Sequence record: SRR2962707_4674
Strand: one strand, 5' to 3'
Length of the DNA stretch: 33,144 nucleotides
Position numbers and translations under genes: made by a program
Shown: piece after piece, positions 10,725-17,431 of the stretch
How the letters are laid out: each line of letters begins with the position of its first letter
Numbering within the stretch: the first letter of the stretch is position 1
The notes under the pieces: generated by a model
The model's input: the letters and a program-made list of their open reading frames with translations, nothing else
Databases searched by the model: none
Told to the model about the DNA's origin: nothing

Positions 10725-12286
10725 AAGCTCTCCAGATAGGTGATCAGCGCGTCCCGGTCTTTGGTCCGCATCTCAACCACTGCATCACGTTGGGTTTGCG
10801 CCTCGCCACCATGCCACAAGACGGCCTCGAGGATCGATCGCGCACGACCGTCATGCAGAAAATACGTGTGCCCGCTGACCTGCTGTGTCAAGCCGATGCC
10901 CCACAACGGCGCTGTGCGCCATTCGCTACCTGATGCCCGCGCCTCGGGGCGGTTGTCGGCTAGGCCCGGCCCCATGTCGTGCAACAACATGTCGGTAAAC
11001 GGCCAGATCAGCTGAAAGCTTTGTTCGGGTTGGTCTTGCAGTCTGTGGGTCACAAAGCTGGGCGTGTGGCACGAGGTGCAGCCAGTTTCGTAAAACAGTT
11101 TTTTGCCCTGCAAGACCTGTGGGTCATCCGCGCCCCGCCGCGCTGGAACGCCCAAGTTGCGGCTATAGAACGCAACCAGATCCAGCCCTTCGGCGTCGAC
11201 TTCGTATATACGGTCGTCACCGTCACCGTGAATGGCCGCTTGGCAATCGGTCTGCGCATCGGTGCATTCCCCGGCCCCCGACGGGTGCAGCGGCGACGAA
11301 ATGCCAATGTCACCGGCAAACGCCGCCGCCGATTGTTCCAGCACCGTGGCTGCCCCCGCCTTGAGCCCGAACCGACCCAGCATCGGCTGTTGATACACAC
11401 CCGACATCACGACATTGGGACGGCCCGAAATGCCATCCCCGTCCAGATCATCAGGGTCCGCACCGGCCAGAATATCTTGCGCCGGGATCGCCTCAAGCAG
11501 GCCAAGGCCGATCATCTGCGGCGCGACCCGTGGGCTTAGCATCGCATCAGGGTGCAGCGGGCCATAGCCCAGATTATCAGCGGTGTAGGTCGGTGCCCGC
11601 AAGCTGACGGTTGTGCCGTCCGCCAATTCAACAGGCTGCTCTTGATAGCTGATCCCGAGGCTGTATTCAGCCTTGTATCCCTGCACCGCGAAATCCTGCA
11701 ATTGTGTGCCATAGGTGGGGTCAGGCAGGGTCGCAAAATACCCGTTAATGTCGGCCATTGCATCGTCTGGCGTGCCGGGGATCGACACCCGCAAGAAAAT
11801 CGAAATCGCGTTGTCGGCGGTGTTTTCCGGCGGATGCCCGCGCCCGTCTTTCAGATGACAACGCTGGCACGACCGCGCATTAAACAGCGGGCCAAGCCCA
11901 TCGGATGCCAAGGTCGAAGACGGCGCAGACACCCATAGCTTGCGGAACAATCCATTGCCCACTTTGAACGTCAGTTCGTCCTCAAAGCTGATATTCCCCG
12001 ACGGTTGCGAGAACGCATCGGCATCCTTGCGCGCGCGCACAGTGGCTGCACCCGCCGGTTTGTCTTCAAAACGCTGTGCTTTGGAAAAATCCTGCGTCGG
12101 CGTCGTCACATCCGCGATACGTGCGGCTTCTTGTGGCGTTCTGGGGACGACATTCAAATGCGGATCGCCCAGATCCCACGGTCTTTCACCGGAAATGGCG
12201 GAGGTTCCAAGAACCACCGCCATCGCCACCCCGCTTCCGATCATTATTAATTTATGAACTTTCAAGTGAGGCATTTGGTTTTTCAC
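10721..12286 (-). CDS. Di-heme oxidoreductase family protein (DHOR/DUF1111)
   Basis: Two CxxCH motifs (CQRCH, CTSCH), DGLGPLFNA, GLGLLEAI, DGDGISGR, WRTAPLWG, LHDGRA; exact start uncertain. Confidence 0.9.
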   Translation of the reverse strand: MKNQMPHLKVHKLIMIGSGVAMAVVLGTSAISGERPWDLGDPHLNVVPRTPQEAARIADVTTPTQDFSKAQRFEDKPAGAATVRARKDADAFSQPSGNISFEDELTFKVGNGLFRKLWVSAPSSTLASDGLGPLFNARSCQRCHLKDGRGHPPENTADNAISIFLRVSIPGTPDDAMADINGYFATLPDPTYGTQLQDFAVQGYKAEYSLGISYQEQPVELADGTTVSLRAPTYTADNLGYGPLHPDAMLSPRVAPQMIGLGLLEAIPAQDILAGADPDDLDGDGISGRPNVVMSGVYQQPMLGRFGLKAGAATVLEQSAAAFAGDIGISSPLHPSGAGECTDAQTDCQAAIHGDGDDRIYEVDAEGLDLVAFYSRNLGVPARRGADDPQVLQGKKLFYETGCTSCHTPSFVTHRLQDQPEQSFQLIWPFTDMLLHDMGPGLADNRPEARASGSEWRTAPLWGIGLTQQVSGHTYFLHDGRARSILEAVLWHGGEAQTQRDAVVEMRTKDRDALITYLESL

Positions 12287-12397
12287 TGCTCTTATCTAGG
12301 GTAACAATTGCTTGCCCATCGACAGCTCACCCATGGGGCCATCTTGGCCGGGCAGGGTTTGGCATGTTTAAGGGGCACAAACAATTGTCAAAGCTTT

Positions 12398-13405
12398 CTA
12401 GAACGATACCACTGCCGCCAGACCGGCGGAAGTCGATTTGACCCCATCCACATCAAAACGGGCCAGACCAAAGTTGATCTCGGAGTTTTCGGTCAGGGCG
12501 CGGTCAACACCCAGTGCGATCATGCTGTCTGTACCAGATTGCGTATCAACAAGCGTCCCAGTCGACGAGAACGTCCAGTCGCCCAAGCCATAAGCGCCGC
12601 CCAATGTGGCATATGTCGCGTTTTCATCTTTGCCGCCCGCACCGCTGAAATGCGCCACCTCAAAGATCGTGTCAAAACCGTTGCCAAAATCATGCGCCAG
12701 ACCTGCGATAATGCTGTTTTCGTCAGACACATCGCCCGTCCCTGCCGACAATTGCCGCGCGCCGACCCATCCGGTGGTTGCACCAAATTCTTGGGTGTAC
12801 TGGATCGCAAAGTTGTTCAGCTTGCTTGTGTTGCCAACGCCGCCTGCCGCCACAGAATTGCGGCCACGCTTTGTCCCGACGCTGTTGCTTAGGCCGGTAT
12901 CATCCGCGTAAAATACCGCAAAGGACAACACACCGCCCGTGCTGGCCAATGTCGTCTCGGCGGTCAGGCCGATCATCTCGGCCAGTTCGTAATCCTCGGC
13001 CAGTGAGGTGCCATAGAACCCCGGTGCTGCGTCCCATGCGACGCCGAATACTGGGCTGATCTTACCTGCGGAGACGTTCGCGCCGCCCAGATCAAACCGC
13101 AAACCCAATTCGCTGACGTAAAGGCCCAGATCATCCAACTGGCGGCTTTCTACTGCGTCCGAAACGGATTCGAATGTCAGCCCACCAAAGGCGGTAATGC
13201 GATTGGTTAATGCCGCCTCGAACGCGGCTGAGATTGTCACATAGGTGTCGGTCAGCTCGGCCGATGCATCATCCGATGATAGGGTGCTATCAACGCCGAT
13301 CTCGGCGGTGCCTTCCCATTCAAACCCTGTTTCCTGGGCTGATACGGCCGTGGCACCCGTGATGCTGACGGCGCAAAGCGCCGCCACAAATACTGTCGTC
13401 TTCAT
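12398..13405 (-). CDS. Putative outer-membrane porin (beta-barrel)
   Basis: Sec signal ending AVSA, amphipathic alternating strands, GKxxPxFG motif, C-terminal Phe (VVSF), acidic loops; no plug domain. Confidence 0.7.
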   Translation of the reverse strand: MKTTVFVAALCAVSITGATAVSAQETGFEWEGTAEIGVDSTLSSDDASAELTDTYVTISAAFEAALTNRITAFGGLTFESVSDAVESRQLDDLGLYVSELGLRFDLGGANVSAGKISPVFGVAWDAAPGFYGTSLAEDYELAEMIGLTAETTLASTGGVLSFAVFYADDTGLSNSVGTKRGRNSVAAGGVGNTSKLNNFAIQYTQEFGATTGWVGARQLSAGTGDVSDENSIIAGLAHDFGNGFDTIFEVAHFSGAGGKDENATYATLGGAYGLGDWTFSSTGTLVDTQSGTDSMIALGVDRALTENSEINFGLARFDVDGVKSTSAGLAAVVSF

Positions 13406-13434
13406 CGTTATCGTCCTGATTTTTAATTGTTATA

Positions 13435-13456
13435 GGTCAGCCCACAAGGGTTGGCC
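13435..13456 (-). terminator. Intra-operon hairpin after the imelysin gene
   Basis: GGCCAACCC-ttgt-GGGCTGACC on the minus strand, no U-tract. Confidence 0.5.
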
Positions 13457-13463
13457 GGTCCGC

Positions 13464-14726
13464 TTATTGGAATACGGCGTTCGGATCATCAAGGCTGTCT
13501 GAGCCTTCAAATGCGATTTGATCAAGGCCAAGGGTTTTGACCACACGTTCAATCGACCGTGTCTGATCAATCAGGCCATTCACACCGCCCATAACCAGCG
13601 CTTCGCCAGCTTGGTTGCCGCGCGCAAGCATCTGATCATAGGAAAAACCGGTCTCGGCTGCGGATTTGATGCGGCCCAGTGCCATCATTGTGGTGCTCAG
13701 CTTGCCCTGCATTTCGGCATCAAGGTCGGCGTCGGTTTCAGCAACCATATCAGACAGCGATGGCCCTGAAACCAGCGTCCCATCAACCCGCACATATTCG
13801 CCAAGATAGACGTTTTGCACGCCCATTCCATCGTAGTAGTGGCTGTTATGCGTGTTGTCCGAGAAGCAGTCATGCTCTTCTTCTGGGTCGTTCAACATAA
13901 GCCCAAGACGCATGCGTTCGCCAGCCTGCTCACCATAGGACAACGACCCCATACCTGTCAGCATTGCCGCGAGGCCTGCGTCTTCGTCACCCAAAAGCGT
14001 CGTGCGCGCGGCACCGTCGTCAGCCCATTGTGCGGCCATCCATTCCAGATCGGACACCAGCAGATCGGTGGCCGCCTTTAGATATGCACCGCGGCGGTCG
14101 CAGTTGTCGTTCGTGCAGGCATCACCCGCCGCATAATCTGTCCAAGAACGTTCACCCGCGCCGTGGTCATTGCCATTCAGATCCTGGCCCCACAGCATGA
14201 ATTCAATCGCGTGATAGCCCGTGGCCACGTTGGATTCGACACCATCCGCCTCGTGAAGCGTATCTGACAACAGCGCTGGCGTGATCGCGGTGGCGTCAAT
14301 TTCCTTGCCGGACAACGTGAACGTGGGGCTTGCCACGACGTTCAGAATCGCAAACTCGTTCTCGTCCGATGCGCCGCCATAGGACGCATCAACATAGTCG
14401 ATCAGCCCCTCATCCAGCGGCCACGCATTCACCTTGCCCTCCCAGTCGTCAACGATGGCATTCCCAAAACGGTACACCTCGGTTTGCTGATAGGGGACGC
14501 GCGCCTGAAGCCAAGCAGAACGGGCGGCGGTCAGGTTTTCAGCAGACGGGGCATCGACCAATGCGTTGACGGCCGCTTGCAAGCGTTGCGCAGTGATCAA
14601 GCTGTCTTGGTAATTGGCTTGCGCGATTGTGACGTAAGTATTCAGCACCTCGGCCTTTTCCACCGCCAATGCCGGTGTCGCAAGCGCCAGTACGGCAACC
14701 GTCGTCATATATGTCATACGCTTCAT
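13464..14726 (-). CDS. irpA: Imelysin family iron-regulated protein (IrpA/IcmP-like)
   Basis: Signal peptide ALA, VNAWPLDEGLIDYV, TGYHAIEFMLWGQD (GxHxxE), EEEHDCFSDNTH; GAGGA RBS. Confidence 0.92.
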   Translation of the reverse strand: MKRMTYMTTVAVLALATPALAVEKAEVLNTYVTIAQANYQDSLITAQRLQAAVNALVDAPSAENLTAARSAWLQARVPYQQTEVYRFGNAIVDDWEGKVNAWPLDEGLIDYVDASYGGASDENEFAILNVVASPTFTLSGKEIDATAITPALLSDTLHEADGVESNVATGYHAIEFMLWGQDLNGNDHGAGERSWTDYAAGDACTNDNCDRRGAYLKAATDLLVSDLEWMAAQWADDGAARTTLLGDEDAGLAAMLTGMGSLSYGEQAGERMRLGLMLNDPEEEHDCFSDNTHNSHYYDGMGVQNVYLGEYVRVDGTLVSGPSLSDMVAETDADLDAEMQGKLSTTMMALGRIKSAAETGFSYDQMLARGNQAGEALVMGGVNGLIDQTRSIERVVKTLGLDQIAFEGSDSLDDPNAVFQ

Positions 14727-14738
14727 TTGTTCGTCCTC

Positions 14739-15209
14739 TTAATGTAATGTCGTTGGATAAGGTGTCGGGCTTGGCGCGGTCGCCAAATGCATCCGCTTAA
14801 GGGCCAGCCCGAAATCGGCAGCGCATGATACGATAAGCGGTGCCACATCGGCCCGCACGAGTAAAGTCGCGATCAGCATTGCGTCCTCGTGGTCGCCATC
14901 TGCCGCTGATGTCACGAAAGTCGCGAAACAGGATTCGTCAGCGCCAAGGCATTTGCATTCAACCGAATGACGCATCAACGGTCTGCGTCCGTGACGGGCA
15001 CAAAGGCTGCACAACTGTTCAAAAGATTGCAGCGCCTTGCGGCCCCTGACCGGGCCCAGCGCCGATGACAGATCTTTCCAGACCTTTGCCTGCGCATCTG
15101 CACCATCTGACCAAAGCCGCAAAAATATGACCGATGCCGCGCCGATATGATCAAGCTCGGTCACATAGCCGACAGGTGCGCCGCCGCGATTTTGCCGGGG
15201 CTGCGTCAT
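14739..15209 (-). CDS. Conserved hypothetical protein with HxxxCxCxxxDE motif
   Basis: 156-aa ORF whose ATG overlaps the hemP stop (ATGA) and whose stop lies 12 nt before irpA. Confidence 0.8.
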   Translation of the reverse strand: MTQPRQNRGGAPVGYVTELDHIGAASVIFLRLWSDGADAQAKVWKDLSSALGPVRGRKALQSFEQLCSLCARHGRRPLMRHSVECKCLGADESCFATFVTSAADGDHEDAMLIATLLVRADVAPLIVSCAADFGLALKRMHLATAPSPTPYPTTLH

Positions 15210-15373
15210 TTGGTTAAAATCAACTTGCCGGCGCGCGTGATCCGCAGCGTATAAGTCTGGTCTTCCAAAACGATCTGCGCCAATTCACCGCTTTTGGTCA
15301 GATCACGGGCATCATAGGTCGGCAAAGCGGATTGATGTGATGTCATCTGAGGCGGGGATTGTTGGAGGCTCAT
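15206..15373 (-). CDS. hemP: Hemin uptake protein HemP/HmuP (55 aa; absent from the ORF track)
   Basis: MSLQQSPPQMTSHQSALPTYDARDLTKSGELAQIVLEDQTYTLRITRAGKLILTK carries the family signature YxLRITRxGKLILTK; GGAG 7 nt upstream. Confidence 0.93.
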   Translation of the reverse strand: MSLQQSPPQMTSHQSALPTYDARDLTKSGELAQIVLEDQTYTLRITRAGKLILTK

Positions 15374-15462
15374 GAGCCTGCTCCAACACGGGCTTTGGGT
15401 TTGCTCGGCGCGTGTCCTTGTGCGCCAAAGCTCATGGATACCAGTGGTGCGATAAATAACAT
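15370..15462 (-). CDS. Candidate 30-aa leader ORF translationally coupled to hemP
   Basis: GAGGT RBS; MLFIAPLVSMSFGAQGHAPSKPKARVGAGS*; its TGA overlaps the hemP ATG (ATGA). Confidence 0.45.
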   Translation of the reverse strand: MLFIAPLVSMSFGAQGHAPSKPKARVGAGS

Positions 15463-15537
15463 TCTAAAAAGACCTCGCGTGTCGAATCTGTCGCCAGCAC
15501 CGCAATCGGAATCGGGATGGCTTGCACGAGGTCTTTC

Positions 15538-15581
15538 CTGATTTATTTAGTAAGGTATGTCAATCCGACAAGTTTAGTCAG
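15538..15581 (-). promoter_or_regulatory. Tandem Iron-Rhodo boxes flanking a TTGACA -35 element
   Basis: CTGATTTATTTAGTAAG (15538-15554) and CCGACAAGTTTAGTCAG (15565-15581) fit CTGActrawtyagTCAG; TTGACA on the minus strand at 15563-15558. Confidence 0.8.
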
Positions 15582-15635
15582 ATTAAAGAAGTTCCCGATT
15601 TCCGTGATAACCGCCGCTTTGCAGGGAATGGGGTA

Positions 15636-16238
15636 TCACCCCTGCGCCCCGTATACCGTCATAATAGTATGCACCGCGCGATCGACATTGCGGTCCATAC
15701 GATCATAAGGGATGTCACAAACGCCCAGCATCGCACGTTTCATGCCCGACCCCGTGAACAGCGCCATCAGGTCTTCGGCAATGTCCTGCGGTGTTTCCGT
15801 CAAGAGTAGTAGCCCGTTATCAGCGGCTTCTTGGATGATCCGCGCAAGGGCATTGTTCGTTTTGCCATAGGCAGCCAGAAAGAACGCTTGCCCCATATCG
15901 GGATTCTTGCGCGCTTCCTCGTGGATGACACGGCTAAATTCAATTGTGTCACTAGAATTCAAAAAAGTGAGCAGACGCATACCAAATTGCGTTAACGCGT
16001 TTTGCAGATCATCGCGCGTTTCAATTTTGGGCTGATCCGAACCGCTGATTTTGGCTGTTTCCAGCTCGGTCAGGCGGCGCAAAATGTCCGTCATATTAGT
16101 GAAATGCCTATATATCGTGGCCTTTGACACCGCCGCCTCACGCGCCAGCATATCTGTAGACACACCAGAAAACCCGTGCTCAAAAAACAGATCACGGGCC
16201 GCGTTCAAAATTCTCGTCTCAGCTGAAAACATACTCAT
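15636..16238 (-). CDS. TetR/AcrR family transcriptional regulator
   Basis: ILNAARDLFFEHGF..LAREAAVSKATIYRHF HTH; divergent from the RND genes; start ATG 16238 or 16232. Confidence 0.92.
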   Translation of the reverse strand: MSMFSAETRILNAARDLFFEHGFSGVSTDMLAREAAVSKATIYRHFTNMTDILRRLTELETAKISGSDQPKIETRDDLQNALTQFGMRLLTFLNSSDTIEFSRVIHEEARKNPDMGQAFFLAAYGKTNNALARIIQEAADNGLLLLTETPQDIAEDLMALFTGSGMKRAMLGVCDIPYDRMDRNVDRAVHTIMTVYGAQG

Positions 16239-16270
16239 TACTACACCAAATTGGATTTTAATCACACTGA

Positions 16271-16336
16271 AAGTACTAATCAGTACTTAGTTGCCTTGCG
16301 CCTGATGTCAAACAGCTTAAGTACCAGCCAGTACTC
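16271..16336. promoter_or_regulatory. Two putative TetR operators
   Basis: AAGTACT-aatc-AGTACTT (16271-16288) and AAGTACC-agcc-AGTACTC (16319-16336); TTGACA (minus strand, 16311-16306) lies between them. Confidence 0.75.
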
Positions 16337-16350
16337 ATCAGGAGCCCGGC

Positions 16351-17427
16351 ATGATCAAACCTGTTTTAACCGCAATCATCTGTCTTTTACCACTGGCAAG
16401 CGTCGCCCAAGACACGGCTGTTTTGACGCCTTCCGGCGATTTAGCGCCGATGCGAGCCGTAAAGCTGATCACGCCAAGCGGATCGACACAGCCAGACAAG
16501 CGGGTCTTTTTCGGGCAGATCGTGGCCAAGGAAACCGTGGATGTATCGTTCGAGGTCGGCGGCCGGCTGGTTTCCTTCGATGCCCAAGAGGGTGAGTTCA
16601 TGGAGGCTGGCACACAGATTGCAGCCTTGGATCATGCGCCCTTTGAGCGCGCCGTCGAACGCGCGCGCCTGCAGCTGGCACAGTCAGAGCGTGATTTCGT
16701 GCGCTTGCAAAAGCTGGCCCAGTCCAACACCGTCGCAGAAACGCAGGTCGAAGACGCCAAGACCGGTCGTGACCTTGCAGCGGTTGCCCTGCAAGAAGCT
16801 CAGGATGCGCTGGATGATGCCACATTACATGTTCCCTTCCGGGCGCTTGTCGCATCGCGGCTCACGCCCAACTTTGCCAACGTATCCCCCGGCCAGGCCA
16901 TTGTTCGCCTGCATGACATGTCCGAGGTCCGCGTCGAAATTGACGTGCCCGAACGATTGTTCCAACAGCGCGACGCCACGGGTGGTCTGACCTTTACCGG
17001 TACATCGCCCCTGTTCCCCGTCGAGGTGCCGCTTGAGCTGCGCGAATTCAACGCCGAAACCCAAAACATCGGCCAAAGCTACCGCGTCACATTCGCGCTG
17101 CCAGCCGATATGGTCAGCCCCGCGATCATTCCCGGCGCATCGATGACGGTAACCGCCACGATGCACTCAGCAACGGCCCCCGTCGCGATCGTGCCACCGT
17201 CTGCCGTAACAATCGACAGCGGCACCACAAAAGTGATGGTTTATACGCCAAACGCAGATGCCAAAACGGGTACCGTTGATTGGCAAGCCGTCGATGTCGG
17301 ATCAGCAACCGGAACCGACATCACCGTGTCCGGTCTGGACCCCGATGCGCAAATTGTGGCCGCTGGGGCGCATTTGCTAAGGGCTGGAGACGCCGTGCGC
17401 CCCTATGCCGGGCTAAGCGTGGATTGA
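16351..17427 (+). CDS. RND efflux periplasmic adaptor (membrane fusion protein)
   Basis: VSFEVGGRL, helical hairpin, LHVPF, IDVPE, PGAS, IVAAGAHLL; AGGAG RBS. Confidence 0.92.
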   Translation: MIKPVLTAIICLLPLASVAQDTAVLTPSGDLAPMRAVKLITPSGSTQPDKRVFFGQIVAKETVDVSFEVGGRLVSFDAQEGEFMEAGTQIAALDHAPFERAVERARLQLAQSERDFVRLQKLAQSNTVAETQVEDAKTGRDLAAVALQEAQDALDDATLHVPFRALVASRLTPNFANVSPGQAIVRLHDMSEVRVEIDVPERLFQQRDATGGLTFTGTSPLFPVEVPLELREFNAETQNIGQSYRVTFALPADMVSPAIIPGASMTVTATMHSATAPVAIVPPSAVTIDSGTTKVMVYTPNADAKTGTVDWQAVDVGSATGTDITVSGLDPDAQIVAAGAHLLRAGDAVRPYAGLSVD

Positions 17428-17431
17428 TCTG

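Noticed and set aside
15359-15809. Short plus-strand ORFs across the hemP promoter
   Set aside because: They overlap the operator/promoter and tetR in antisense, with no coding support
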